DNA of 64,000 nt from Podarcis bocagei (lineage: Eukaryota). The stretch's first letter is position 1. Each line of letters starts with the position of its first letter. This document shows, in pieces, positions 49,362-62,650 of the stretch. The translations under genes were made by a program, and so were the position numbers. The notes beneath the pieces were generated by a model. It was not told the origin of the DNA, made no database searches, and worked only from the letters and a program-made list of their open reading frames with translations. The stretch lies in NCBI GenBank assembly GCA_964188305.1, contig OZ076892.1. The stretch is one strand, 5' to 3'.

Positions 49362-50199
49362 CTGAAAGCAAATCACCAACAATTCATCATTTGTCTCTTT
49401 ATAACCAAAAGCATTTGTCATCATTATTACTCTGGAGCATGCAAGAATAAAAAAGCAATGGATTTAAAGTTTGGCATTTGAATAAATCCCCAGAAAAACG
49501 ATGGACTGTAGAAGCTGGTATTTCAATGGTTCAATGCATCTGAACATATTTTTCCAGAATGGGTTATCCATACATGGTGATTGTAGCAGGTTTTGTGAAT
49601 TACAGTGATCGTGAATCCAGTTTCGGCTCATAGGGCTACCTACAAGAAAGCTGCACAGGCTATCCATTCTGATAGAAATATTTTTGAATGTGTACAAAGA
49701 CCTAGTTCAGAGATAATGATCTCAGGCCAATAAACCATGAAAAAAACATGTGCTCACATACTCCTCCCACAATTCCATCTTCAGCACTGAAGGTGAAGCT
49801 TGTTCAAACCACAGTTTCCTGTTGCATTTACACCAGGAAACTGTAGCTTAACCCCTGTTTACTCTGGCTTCATGTCCTGGTTAGGAAGCCTTGCTTAAAC
49901 CATACTTTTCTAATTTGGCTGTGAGAGGAAACAAGTCACACCACCAGTGTTGAAGCTAGGGATATGAGGGGCGAGGCAAGGAGAAACCAGGTGGGTGAAT
50001 GGTTCATTCTCTGCCCATTAAACGGATTAATCGTTGGTTCAAGAATATTCTATCTCAATTGGGCTAATGTGTTAAATCTGAACTGGCCATCAGTCTGAAA
50101 GTTCTCGTAGTCACACAAATACAACTTTGGAGGCAGGCAGGGGCACATATCAAATCTGAGAAAACTCAAATTCTTCTACTTTTGCAGGTGTCTACTTAC

Positions 50200-50358
50200 C
50201 AAGAAGTTTTGCAATGATATAAAGCGACTGTCCCCAGAGAAAGAATTTTCCATCTCGCCCATGGTTGCTTGGAAATCGTTTCTGACTGCCAGGATTTTTC
50301 TTTTCCAGTTCAACAAAGTCAGCTGGCACATAATAATACTTAGGTACAACAGGAAAGC
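50200..50358 (-). CDS. PHKB: PHKB exon (159 nt) (G)[52 protein letters not shown](V)
   Basis: cgcag acceptor, gtaagt donor, phase 1/1. Confidence 0.96.
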
Positions 50359-51010
50359 CTGCGAAGTTTTAAAATATGTACTTAAAGACATGTAAAATTA
50401 CATTATTACAAAGTGAGGAAACGTATCCCCTATGCACAACGTAAATGAAGTAAAAACTTGCTGATTGTCGTTCCTAGTTATAATTCGATGCCAGTCAGCT
50501 AAGAACACTTAACTGCTATCCTGAGCACAGGTTTATTTATGTCTCTCTTCTTGACTGAACAGATGCAGTGCCTATAAACTGGTTCCGAAAAAATAGTAAA
50601 GTTTTACAGATGGGAGGGGAAAAAATCCCCTGCATTTCTTTAGAGGTACTATTGTTGCTCTTGTGCAACAGAAGAGAAAATATGTACAACTGCTATTGGT
50701 AAAGGAGTACAAAAGCTTCAGGCAAGAATAAAAATGAACCTAAGTCTTGGATTGAAAAAAGTAGAAGGCTGATGATAAGCAAAAATGTTTTCAGTCACTT
50801 CTGATGTATTTATCAGTGAAAGAGAAAATACATGAACTAGTTGTGGATTCTTGCATTTAAGCTACTGTCCTCTACAATAAGGCTATACACTTTTAATTCC
50901 CATGTGCTATTTAAAGGGTGCACTTGAGTTTTCTTGTGCAAACGAGGAACAAAATGGAGAGGAGGGTTGGTTACACTGGAAGAAGTCTGCCTGTTTGCAC
51001 CTTCTTGCTA

Positions 51011-51263
51011 AGGTCAAACTAGATGTGACGGTGGCAGTGCCATAAAAAGTGCAGCATGGACAGAAAAGGGCAAGGGAGCTGAAGTCTCCAATTGCCTGCA
51101 GTTCTTTCCCTGTCCACCGCTCTCCCTCTTTTAAAGTTGCTTTCCACTCTGTGATTGGAAGTAGAGATAAGCAGGTCGAGTAGGGGGGGGGGGATTGCAA
51201 ACACATCTATTTTACAGAAGCAGCAAGATAAGTGTATGACCACCTCACATCTAGTTTCACCCT
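51011..51263. mobile_element. MITE with about 24-bp TIRs (Harbinger-like)
   Basis: AGGTCAAACTAGATGTGACGGTGG ... CCACCTCACATCTAGTTTCACCCT. Confidence 0.65.
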
Positions 51264-52447
51264 AGAACTTCTGTGTAAATTGAGCATGTGAATACAGCAC
51301 AAAGTAATCCCAATCAAAAGTACTGTTTGGAGTCTTTAGCAGATGAACGTGATCTTAAACTGAAACTTCTTTAAAATAGGGAGTTCCCTCCCCCCCCCCA
51401 AGTTTTGCCCTCATTAACTGCGCTTCAACAGCTATTAATCAGAATATTGATTATACTGTACAGGGTGAGTGAGGGCATGTGTGTGTATTTAATGAAATCA
51501 AATATGACCACACACACACACACACACACACACAACTGCAATGGAAGTTAAATGCTATGTATGAGAGAAGGGGTGCTATGTATGAGATTATAAGCAAAAT
51601 TTTTGTTCAGTAAATGATAGATCTTCCATAATTTATGTAATAAGAAATGGGAAGGAGCAACATCTTAGGCATTCTTCCCAAATTGTTTAAGTTGCAGGAG
51701 GCGGCTGACATAAGCATACGGTGCAATCCAAAGTCTGGAGAAAGCAATCACTGCCCTTTTCTGAGCTGCAAAGAATACTGAATGGGTATCCCACATGCCT
51801 CCTCTGGATTTTATTTACTGTATGAAGGAACTGAAACTACCTTTTCACGTTTTCAGATTGGGAAGGGTTAGAAGGCAGGAGGTGCCAGAAAAGGGAGCGA
51901 GAAACAACTACATAAAGAAAGGGAAGCGAGCAACTATTGCCATGCCTAGTTTAATGTGTGGTCTCTCCATCCTCTGATGTACCAAACTGCAACCAGTGTA
52001 TCATATTCATGGCTAACCACCTCTATTGACAGCAGGAATTAAAACACATATATTATGGAAAGCTTTTCCATGCTTAAAATAATTTTTTTTAAAGAAATGG
52101 ATCACATACTTAGGCTTTTCTAATTACTAGCTATAAGGTCTCTCATACAACTGAGTAAATAACAGCAGGAGTGGGGGCGGGAAATGATTCGGGCGCAAAC
52201 CTAACATTTAACCTATCAGCGTTTCTTTCACCAGTTAATGAACTCCATTTTATGATGAGCCATATTTTACTGGAGAAATGAATCACGTTTTATGTTCACA
52301 CTTGGCCTGGAGCTCTGCTTTTGTAAGAACATAAGCTTATTCTCTGGGATTTGATCGGCACTTGCTGCAGTTCCATGCTGTAGGGCCACCCCCATCATTT
52401 GCATTTGCAAAAGTTCAGATTTCTCCAGCGCCACTGCTGCACCATAC

Positions 52448-52525
52448 CTTCTGCTGATTGCTGTAGCAATGGATCCAGAAGCTCTTGATATTCTTTGACT
52501 TGCTCAGTGTTACCCTTGAAGACTC
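52448..52525 (-). CDS. PHKB: PHKB exon (78 nt) (G)VFKGNTEQVKEYQELLDPLLQQSAE(G)
   Basis: ttttag acceptor, gtatgg donor, phase 1/1. Confidence 0.93.
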
Positions 52526-54499
52526 CTAAAAGCAATTACAGGAACAATTAAGAAAAGATAGTGCTTATGATAAGTGTCAGCATCATTTCAGATATTTTGC
52601 GCCGTGATGGTTGGACGGGAAGGCCATTTTTGAAGTGCTCTTGTGAGCAATAATGGGGTCATTCAAATGGGAACTAGTATCAGGGAGCCTTGGGCTCATG
52701 TGGGGCCTCCTGCCTTGTTCAATTAGTGATTTCCACCCTGCAAAACATAATTTGCCATTTTATCCAACCCAGCAAGCTGTGGTCTAGTTCAAACACCATT
52801 AGAGTTAAGAGCATGAGCCTTGATCCTTGACTACAGTTTGAAGTTGGGTTGTTTGGACAATCCACAATTAAAACTAACCAGTTTGTCCCAGTTCAGTCAT
52901 AACAACAAACCAAAGTTGGTTGAAATGCTTCTGATCTCCTTTTCATGACTGCACCATAGAAGCAAAGGGAAATATGCCAGCATGAGGCTCGTGCATGTAA
53001 TGTTAAACCATAGTTTAGGGTTCCATGTGACTACTGACTATGTTTTGTGCTTGCTTGCAAGTGAGGATCTAATTCTGGCAATCCAGTCAAGAGCAAAACA
53101 TAGTGCAGGCAAATCGACAAAGTGTGATCTGCTGCAAGGAAAAGTCAACACATGAGAGGAGGAAGGAATGGGAGATTATGAACCTCAAACTCTTCAGTGC
53201 TTGAACAATCCCAGTGAATTACAAAATCTGTTCCCTGTGCATGCTCTTCTCAATCCAGCTACCACAAAAGTCCACAAAGTCATTTTTTCATGTGTTGCAT
53301 TCATCCCCACTACTTTAGTGTCTGTTGGCTGAAAATAAATTCCCCTCTCAGATAGAGGTAATGCAGTGGCAAATTGACTTCCTACATGCTCAGTGTGGAT
53401 TTTCATTTGGTGACATTTGTCTGTAATTCACACTTCTTGGTTGTTCCATTTCCCCCTTTCCTTGAAACTAAATTGCATATACAATTCCAGATTTTATATT
53501 TCCTTTAAGACCAAGGCTGCAAAGCAAAAAAAAATATTTCTTTTGAACTAGATGAGGTTTCAGCTAGAGTTATTTTTACCAGTAGTTATTCTCACCATTT
53601 TTTTACAGTGCTGTGGCTTTAGGCCCTGCTTCCATAAATGAAAATCCTAATGGCAGATACAAAGGAATTTTCTTACTCGGTCAAACAAAAAGTTCCATCT
53701 AGCCCAGCATTGTTTCTAGTATGGACAGCCACCAGATGCCTCTATACATCAACAGGAGCAACATCTGGTATACTGTCTATATACAGGCATGCTCCATTTA
53801 GCCATAATGGCTAATAGTAATTGATAGACTGATCCTTCATGGAGTTGCCATCACCAAAACTAAGGTACTCTATCAAGCCGCCATTACATTACATTATATC
53901 AGGCTGAAAAGGTAGGTGGAAAGAGAAGGGATGCAGGGTCATTCCATGGACACAGCTGAGAGACCAGCAACTTTTGGCTTCTCCTCTTTTTGAACATTCC
54001 TACAGCATCCGGTCATTAGAAGAACTAGTAACAAAGAACCTGTACCTGAGTTTGCTTATTTCCTCCTCCCTCCCTATTAATTTTCCTTTTTGCCCTCCCT
54101 TTTTAGATTGTATACCCAGTGTTGTAAGCTGTTATATTAACCTTTTTTCCTGAAGCATGGGATAGGAATTGTTAAAATTAATACATAATAAATAAATAAT
54201 ACAGTGAAGTCAGAGTGTGGCACAGGGTGAACTGTAAAGGTGAAACATACAATAGGTTTCAATTAAAAGTTTGAAATTTCACTACTGCCATTACTACCAT
54301 TATATAAGGTGCTGAGCATAATGGATTCTATTCTGTTCCTATCCAGAGGGCTCAAATTCATAGTCTTCTCTGATTTTTTGTTTTCTTCGCTTTGCTAATT
54401 TTTCAACATGCAAATGCCTCTTTCAATGGATACAAACTGAATTACTGTCCTGGAAAGCTACATTAAAAAAAAAACACCAAAAAAAATCAGCTGCTCATG

Positions 54500-54680
54500 T
54501 ACAGTGGCAAGGAGTATTAAATCTGAGCCAGGAAGTACTGATTCAAATTTCACTTAAACCATGAACTCAGCTAGGAGACTTTTGGCAAATCACCATCTCA
54601 GCAAGCTTCCCACATGTAAAATGGGGATAATAATACCCACTTACCTTACACGGGTTTTATAAAAGATTTATGACACATAT
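54500..54680 (+). mobile_element. MIR/CORE SINE remnant
   Basis: CORE motif TGTAAAATGGGGATAATAATACC..C.TTACCTTACA.GGGTT. Confidence 0.65.
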
Positions 54681-56482
54681 ATGCTCTCATTAATCATTCA
54701 AAAGGTGCTAACTACATGCCAGGCTTCACAAGGCTTTAGCTAGGAATTCTCTTTTTGCATATTTCCAATGCTGCATGAATATTGAGGAAAAAATGCAATA
54801 TTATATGTTTGCTACAGAACACACTGGAACTTAGGTTTCGGAAGGGAGTTTTTCCCAGCCCTTCATAGAGATGCCAGGAATTGAACCTGGTCCCTTCTGT
54901 ATGCAAAGCATGTGCTGTATCACTAAGTTACATCCTGATCTGGAAACTCTAATGTCCATCAACTTACAGGAGAAAATGGAATCCATGCTCTTTTGCTGCA
55001 GAAACTCCAAATGAAGAATTATGATAATTTGCTCATCTCTTAACTTCGCAGATTGAGGGCAAAGAGCCCCAGGAGAGACTTACGCATGATAAATACAAAG
55101 AAAACCCCACAAGCTCACGGCTAAGATGAAATCAAACTATCTAAGGAACCTGCATGCCAGCATTCTCTCCTCATTCTCTCGTTTTAATTTAATTGTTACA
55201 TCACAAAAAAGGGACACGATAAAATTATGAATAGTGTGCAATGGGAATGGTATGGAATGACCGGATGGCTAAAAAATGTTTCATTCTTTCAGATAACAAC
55301 TAACGCTTTTAGAGTCTCCCAATGAAATTGATGGCTTGTAAGAAAGTATTTTGTCAGTTTGACAAGAGAAACTATTTCAAACAATGCGCAACTGACTTGT
55401 GGGAGATGTGATGACTACAATTAGCTTAGGTGGCTTTTAAAAATGGATTAGAAAATGGGCAGTCCATTAACAGCTACCAGGTATGGAAGCAAAGCGGAGG
55501 CTTCACATTCAGAGGCCATGTGTCAGCTGAATATCAGCTGCTGGGGATAAAGACCCAGGGAAGGTGAATGCTTTCATGCCCTGCTGGTGGCTCTCCTGAA
55601 CCTATCAAACTGGCCACTCCTAGAACCAGAATGCTGGACAAAATGGACATTTGCATGGCAAATCAATTCATTTACGGCTACTCAATAAATTAGTACTTTT
55701 GAAGCAAGTTATAAGGACACTGATGGTACGAAGAGGAGAGGTTAACGTGTGCCCCCCCCCCCCAGCCAGCATGGCCAACAATCAGGAATGATGGCAGCTG
55801 TAGTCCACCAATATCTGGAGGGTCACAATGATTTAGAGGCATGCCTAGAGCACAAGGGAATCTCATGAGTGTACAGCTTTCTTCATTCATTTCAATGGAT
55901 ATCTGATCCACTTCTGCATTTTGAAGTTGATTCTGCCATACGCACCTCACGAGATCGCATGAAAGCTCCACAAGATCTCGTGAGATCTCACTGGAACCTG
56001 CTGCTGCCACTGCTTTGTGGGCGCCACTGCGCAACCCAGGTAAAGGAGACCTGGGAGGGGCAGGAGTTGGGGAACATCTTCCCATTTGGCCTCAGGCAGC
56101 AAAACAGGACATGCCGTTGCTGATGACAGAAACAAGAGAAACTCAGCTTAAAGTATTTGCGGGAAGGAGACTTGCGGTGAAGGGACAGAACAGAACTTTT
56201 GAAATTTTCCTGGCCATAAACAAACCCAAGTGCTCTTCTCAGAAGTAAAAACTGATGTGCACAATGGAGCATTGCACACTCAGATATAAAATTCATAACA
56301 GAAAATAAGTTTATTCTACAAGAGCTGAAATCATTCCATTAGTTATACTTTGGCAGCAACACTGTCCCTGAAAACCTTGGCATAAGTAGATTATAGCCTT
56401 CCCTCTTGGATTGCTAAAAACATTTTATTACTGAATTCCAAGACTCATCTCTGACAGAATAAGAAAGTAAAGTCATACTTAC

Positions 56483-56540
56483 CATCAATCATCATGAAAA
56501 TAAAAAAGAGAGGAAATTCACACTCAATCCCATCAAAGAG
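56483..56540 (-). CDS. PHKB: PHKB exon (58 nt) [19 protein letters not shown](G)
   Basis: tttcag acceptor, gtaagt donor, phase 0/1. Confidence 0.96.
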
Positions 56541-57494
56541 CTGAAATTAGAAAAGGGGAGAATTTAAGATGCATTTGTGTTGCTTCTGAAAATCTATTCA
56601 AATTTCCCACTACATCAAAGAAACCAAAGATAAACATGAAAACAAATTATTCATTTAGACGCAACAACTTTTTTTAAAAAAGGAGGAGGGAAATTTCAGC
56701 TTGCTTCAAAAAGCGTTGTAGCCTCATTTTATGCACAAAATGCATCACAGGCTTTTTATTCTCAGTAAGGAAATTTTCATTTCAATTGAAAAAGGCAAAA
56801 ACAAAAGCATTTGAAGGAAAAGCAAGGATTCTATTCAGACAGCCTTTAATGGCAAACATTAATACTCTGAAGCACATAGAAATTTGGTTATTAATACACT
56901 CCAGCCTGTAGTCAGCTGTGAAATTAAATAAAATGATAAATAACTCAGCTGTTTGTTAGGGGGAAACAAACTGTACATTGAGTTTGAAATGTAAGCACAT
57001 TTACCTCTAAACAAATCAATCAGGGAGAAAAGTGCTGATGCAGCACTCCTGGGTACTGCACACCCAAAGCTACCACAACCGTCTCCTTCGCTAAAAATAG
57101 ATTGCAAAGAAGTGCCAAGGCTAATGGTTCATATGATTTGCTGGCTCTTCTCTGCTCCCCTTTATAGAATGAAGTTGTTCTCCATTTTGGAAGTTTTTGC
57201 AGGGATTAAAAGAACACTTGAAACTAAACCTCTGTCTTTCTCCACAGATTTCACTAAGCAAAATCAGGATTAAAATAGTTAAACCAGGCTTAACTCAAAA
57301 ATGTAAGTTCTCATGTACCACTTGCCCTGCCTTACTTCCTCCCCCTACCCCCATTCCCACTCATAGGGATAATCTGTCTTGAAAGATAGCTCACATCTCA
57401 ATTCATTCTTGGGTGGAGCATGTCAGCACACAGAGTGGAGATGTACCACTCCTGAGCAATTAAGCATGGCTAATGGGTCAGGAATTAGGGAGTT

Positions 57495-57665
57495 CAGTGA
57501 CATAGCATGTACATTACATGCATAAGTTCCAGATTCCATCCCTAGCAACTCAACACAGGGCTGAGAAAGACTCTACCCTAAAACACTGAAGATTGCTCGC
57601 AGTCAGTGAAGACAATATTGAGCTACATGGACAAATGATCTGGCCTGGTATAAGGCAGATTCATA
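57495..57665 (+). mobile_element. Diverged Squam2-like SINE
   Basis: ...CAGTCAGTGAAGACAATATTGAGCTACATGGAC..ATGATCTGGCCTGGTATAAGGCAG. Confidence 0.6.
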
Positions 57666-57799
57666 ATAGGTCACAGAACTGTATATTTCCTCTCCTATAT
57701 AAATGAAGCTGCTGGATAATGAGCCCAACCAATGGGCTGTCCAGTCCCTTTTGGTCTTCTGAGACTGGACATGAGTTTCCAGGGTCTCCTCTTTCCCAG

Positions 57800-57970
57800 G
57801 CCTGCCGCATGATATGAGTCAGACAATTACTCCATCTAGCCGTACATTGTCTGCACTGACTGGCAGCAACTCTGCATGATTTCAGACAAGGTTCTCTCCC
57901 AGCCCTAACTGGAAATGCCAGGGGTTGAACCTGGGACCTTCTGCATGCAAAACAGATGGAGCTGTGGCTC
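57800..57970 (-). mobile_element. Diverged Squam2-like SINE, inverted relative to the preceding copy
   Basis: Minus strand TTGCATGCAGAAGGTCCCAGGTTCAACCCCTGGCATTTCCAG... Confidence 0.65.
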
Positions 57971-58005
57971 TACCAGAAGGTGCATCGCAAACTTTAGAAT
58001 CACAG

Positions 58006-58134
58006 TAGTAGATAGGTAGCCGTGTTGGTCTGCCATAGTCAAAATAAAAAAAATTCCTTCCAGTAGCACCTTAAAGACCAACTAAGTTAGTTCTTGGTAT
58101 GAGCTTTCGTGTGCATGCACACTTCTTCAGATAC
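58006..58134. mobile_element. Penelope-like element terminal fragment
   Basis: GGTAGCCGTGTTGGTCTG...GTAGCACCTTAAAGACCAAC...ATGAGCTTTCGTG...CACTTCTTCAGAT resembles reptile Penelope ends as I recall them. Confidence 0.65.
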
Positions 58135-58136
58135 CA

Positions 58137-58316
58137 CAGAATCACAGAACAGTACTTTTAGAAGGAACTTGAAAGCCATCTAATCTCACAACCAAGACTG
58201 CTAATGGATTACCTGGAACAAATTTCAGAATCACAGAACAGTACTTTTAGAAGGAACTTGAAAGCCATCTAATCTCACAACCAAGACTGCTAATGGATTA
58301 CCTGGAACAAATTTCA
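58137..58316. repeat. Perfect 89-bp tandem duplication
   Basis: Unit CAGAATCACAGAACAGTAC...CCTGGAACAAATTT repeated at 58137 and 58226. Confidence 0.93.
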
Positions 58317-58412
58317 ATTATAGTGAAGTTGCTTGGTAATCTGTACAGTAAACGTTGCTCTAAGACATCAAGTCCCAAAAACAGTCGTTGCAATAGCTTC
58401 TTTCCATTAAGT

Positions 58413-58759
58413 AAGAGGTGGGGAACCTTTTCAGCCTGAGAGCCACATGACCAATCTTCCAGAAGCCACATGCTAGCGGTGGGGAGGGCCAGGGGTAAAA
58501 GTAGATGTGACTACAGGCAAAAGCAGGAGTAATAGATGTGACTCTTGTATAGTGGACTACATTCCGGGTAGGAAAGTCAGAGTTTTTACAAACACACTCA
58601 TCTCAGCATCAAGGTCAGCAAGACGACACATTCCAGGGAAAAGGAGTGTGTGAAGCAAGGCTGGTGAGACCTGGGGTGTGACCTAGGGTGAGATGGGGTG
58701 GCCTGGGAAGAGTCCTGAGGGTTAGAGAGGCCCAGAGGACCTGAGGTTCCCCACCTCTG
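58413..58759. mobile_element. Non-autonomous hAT element
   Basis: TIR AGAGGTGGGGAACCT / AGGTTCCCCACCTCTG; TSD cattaagt/cattaaga. Confidence 0.8.
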
Positions 58760-59132
58760 CATTAAGATAAAAAATAAATATTTTGACAGGTGGGAATGTA
58801 AGAGGAATCAACAAGGAAATCTGATCAAAAGTAACCTAACATTAGAATTTTTTGTTAAACCAATAGATTATATAGGAAGCACTAATAGAATCTGCACTCA
58901 AGCATACACAACCATGTCAGTACAGTGAAGCTAATTAGAAATCTGAATCTGACATTCAGAGTCAAGGTAATTAATAGTTTAAAAATTATTCAGTGGGCAA
59001 ACCTGGAATTTCCTTGCCTGGTAATCATAAAAAACACATTTCAATGAAGAAGGAACAAATCCTATGTGTACATCAAACATTTGGGCACACATAAGCCAAT
59101 CCTTTCCAGTATCACATGAACAGACCCTTTAC

Positions 59133-59330
59133 CTTAATTTCTGCTGGTTTGTAATAATGTCGATTTTTGTCCTCCAATGCAGTCCTATAGCCATCTCTCA
59201 AAAACCGTTTGAATCCGTATTTTCCTTTCAGCTTCCTAACCACCTTGTCAATTGTTTGGCTGTACAAAGCTTCATCATCCACAGCAAAGGCAGGATAGCT
59301 AATACAGGGCAGGAGGGCAGCATCAGTGTT
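59133..59330 (-). CDS. PHKB: PHKB exon (198 nt) [66 protein letters not shown]
   Basis: gccag acceptor, gtaaag donor; GH15-like domain motif [10 protein letters not shown]. Confidence 0.97.
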
Positions 59331-59436
59331 CTGGCAGAAGAAAAAGGGATATTTTCTAAATTATGGATGATACAGAGCGAAATGAAACATGAAAATGGAA
59401 TCTAGATAATGGGAACTACTTATCTATGTTTTAATA

Positions 59437-59733
59437 CATAGGTTGGAAACTTTGTTGGCATGGCAAACCAAATCTTAATCTCCCCCACCCCCACAAGTCA
59501 ACTTTGACCGGAGGGGTGTCGTGACCCACCTGTCAATCATCTGATGTCATAATGACATCAGGTGATTGTCAGGCAGGTTGTCCTATGCACAGATGAAAGT
59601 TGGCACACTGGCATAGCAGAGAGTTCAATCCTGCTTTTTGTAGAGCCTGAACAACCAATCCAGCCATATATTTTACCTGCTCCACACCTGGCATTACCTG
59701 TTTGGCCTGTAGGCCAAAGGTTTCCCACCCCTA
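59437..59733. mobile_element. Diverged non-autonomous hAT element
   Basis: Imperfect TIRs CATAGGTTGGAAACTTT / AAAGGTTTCCCACCCCTA; TSD ttttaata/ctttaata. Confidence 0.6.
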
Positions 59734-61338
59734 CTTTAATAGCTACACATAAAATCCCCCACATTCAATAACTCTAATCCAAAGTTCCTTTGGTGTTCCA
59801 TATGAAGCTCCAATGATTGGAGATTTCCTCTCATACTTCAGTGTCAGGAGCTGCTTGCTAAAGAAAGTGAGAATGTGTGAATGGAGCTGCTTTGACCCTG
59901 AAATTGAAAACACTTTGTATAAGAGTTCTGTGTACCCTCTGGAGCACCCATCAAGGTTTGGACTGGATCCTTTTTAAACCACATTGGACCAACTGTTTCT
60001 GCTGCATCTATAACAATTGCACAGATCGTCTCAAGCCCTAAAACTATTTGCATTCAAGCATTTAAAGAAATATTATAATTACTTAAGAACCATGTTTATC
60101 CCTGTTCCTTGTTTACTTCTGAGATACTCAGCAACAATTTGGTACTGATACTCTAGAGAGGTCTCAGTAATCAGCACATTTTTTAATACGCTAATATATA
60201 TTGAGCAAATAGCAAACTCCCAAAGGAGGCTTCCTTTGCAAAAAGAGTTTGGAGAAAAACCAATAAATTAGGTAAAATAGTTTTAACATCAGGGCTGCAG
60301 AAAATATAAGCTAACTGAATGACAGTTATTCAAAATCCCATGAGAAATAATGGAAAGAAATCTTGAAAGTTTACAACCAGGAGAGACGGTATAGAGAATA
60401 CGTTTCATTGTGTTAGTGATCCATATGTATTCAGATGCATGTGAACTAAATATTGCAATGCTGAAATCAACAGTCCCGAGGGAAATACATTTTATTTGCA
60501 GCATTCAAGAGCGAAAGAAAATATAAACAAAATAGCTGTCCGTGCCATTTTCTTTTAATTTTCTAAAATTAAATTCTAATTCTTCCATGAGGCAAATGCA
60601 GCGCTAGCAGTGAAGATTAATGTGTTGCTTAATTTGTGGAAATGCTACCAGATCCAGGAATGAAGAACAAGGCATCATGTCATGACTGTTAATTTTAAGA
60701 TGATGAACAAGAGCACACTGTGATGCTAATGAAAAGTACCTAACACTAAAATAGCATTCTTGATTAAAGACATCTTATGTCATATTAACTTGGCCTCACA
60801 GCAGGGCCTTCCCCAAGAAAATAATCTAAAAGCCAACATGTAAACTACCAACCCCTGTCCTTAAGATCCCCCAAACTATAATTTTTTAGAGGTCTAACAC
60901 CCAGAGAGGGAAGAAACATGGGCTGTGCCTTCCACCTACACCATTTAGAGACAATGCAGACAACTTATAAGTGTGGATAATATGTTCAGCTCTGGAATTC
61001 ATGCTGCAAATAGGCCATGAGCTGGAGAACCGAAGTTGATTTGCATGTTTCAGGTGCATGTAATTAATATAAATTTTCATGAACTCAGCAGCAGCCAAAC
61101 AACATTAAGTATGCATGTTGATTTGGAACTGTTGCCCTCAAATGCAAAAGGCTTAAGTTGGTCCTTGGAAAAAGGAAAGGTCTGGATTTATATATTTTAA
61201 AAGATTTATTTATTTTTTAAATACCTCATATACATTTGGCCTGCATTTTATTTTATTAACCACATCTATATGCCTTCCCATTTTAAAACTTATCTCTGTG
61301 GTTAGAAGGGCTAGAAGTTCAACCTTAAGAAGAAAAAT

Positions 61339-62175
61339 TGTCAGGTGTGTGACAACTGGCGGGTGTCGGGAGCTGGTCAGCGATAACTCACAAGGTGTCA
61401 GTGACGTTAACTCTTTCTTCAAAGAAACAAAACAGTTCAGACCTAGTGGGCACAGCAACTCTTCCCAGTAGATCTTGACCCAATGAGGAAGTTGTGAGGA
61501 CCGAAGGTCCCCGCCTTCCCACAGCTCTCCTTCCCAAGCAATCTGAGATTCCAACACCTTGCCTGTTTCTGCTCCACCCTCTTCATGACTCTGCTGATTC
61601 TGGGAGACCAGGGGCAAAGGGAGCTGTCTGTCACAGGAGGGGGAGACAGCCTGGCTTTCTTATCAGCCTGCTTCATCTCTTGGCCCCCTTCCTCTCATCT
61701 CCACTTCTGCCTCTGATTCTGGACTGCTCTCTGCCACAGACTCTTCCTGCTCACTAAACCCTGTTACCTCTTCAGTTTCCAATACCTCCTCTTCTCCGTC
61801 TGATCCCTCTGATCACTCATCAGTGTGGTGTAGTGGTTAAGAGCGGTAGTCACGTAATCTGGGAAACCGGGTTCGTGTCTCCGCTCCTCCACATGCAGCT
61901 GCTGGGTGACCTTGGGCCAGTCACACTTCTGTGAAGTCTCTCAGCCCCACTCACCTCACAGAGTGTTTGTTGTGGGGGAGGAAGGGAAAGGAGAATGTTA
62001 GCCGCTTTGAGACTCCTGAAGGGGAGTGAAAGGCGGGATATCAAATCCAAACTCTTCTTCTTCTTCTTCTTCATCGTTGTCCCACCACCAATCCCCAGGC
62101 TCTGGGCCTTCTTCCCTTGGGGGTTCCCCAGCTGGTTCCTCCCACTGCTCCTCTGCATCTAGCCAGTCCATGACA
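61339..62175 (-). mobile_element. Solo LTR (Gypsy-like) interrupted by a SINE
   Basis: Ends TGTCA...TGACA, perfect 5-bp TSD AAAAT (61334-61338, 62176-62180); strongly purine-skewed body; strand inferred. Confidence 0.8.
61822..62070 (+). mobile_element. Young tRNA-CORE SINE (Squam3-like) nested in the LTR
   Basis: GTGTGGTGTAGTGGTTAAGAG A-box, GGTTCG B-box, CORE GGGTGACCTTGGGCCAGTCAC, (CTT)n tail, short TSD tcatc; CpGs retained. Confidence 0.85.
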
Positions 62176-62326
62176 AAAATACAGCTGAGACTCTCAGGGT
62201 TTTTACACTCCACACTAGACTCATTCAGTTCTCTTCCTAAAGAACATGGGTTTATGCAAATGTGCTTATTAGAAATAGAAAAGTGCATTATATGTTTCAG
62301 TCCAGATGATGAGACTTGTGCATATA

Positions 62327-62331
<5 letters not shown>

Positions 62332-62367
<36 letters not shown>
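62332..62367. repeat. (GT)n microsatellite
   Basis: Direct reading. Confidence 0.95.
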
Positions 62368-62368
<1 letters not shown>

Positions 62369-62650
62369 CTTGCAAGACTGAATTTGATGCACAGATTCTC
62401 ACCAGGATGAGCGTACCACCTAGCCACTTTGAATAGCATGTATGTTCTGATATACATCTAAGAGCACATCCTTATCAGTGTTCACATGCAACTAGTCATG
62501 ACTTAACAGCTGATTTTATCTTCCGTTTCAGTCAAGGTGATTAAAAAATGAGGTGGAAGAAGATAAATGGATATTCAGGTTTTCCACTTGGGTGCTAACA
62601 TATATTGTTAGACATCTTAAAGAAAGTTGAAGATGGAGCAATGCTGTTAT

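Noticed and set aside
44090-52330. Scattered RTGATGA/CTGA boxes as possible intronic C/D snoRNAs
   Set aside because: By eye I found no correctly spaced C/D pair with a terminal stem on the transcribed strand; an Infernal/Rfam scan would be needed to exclude this fully.
61998-62436. ORFs with poly-E, poly-S and THTH/CVCV runs
   Set aside because: Translations of the SINE (CTT)n tail, the LTR and the (GT)n microsatellite.
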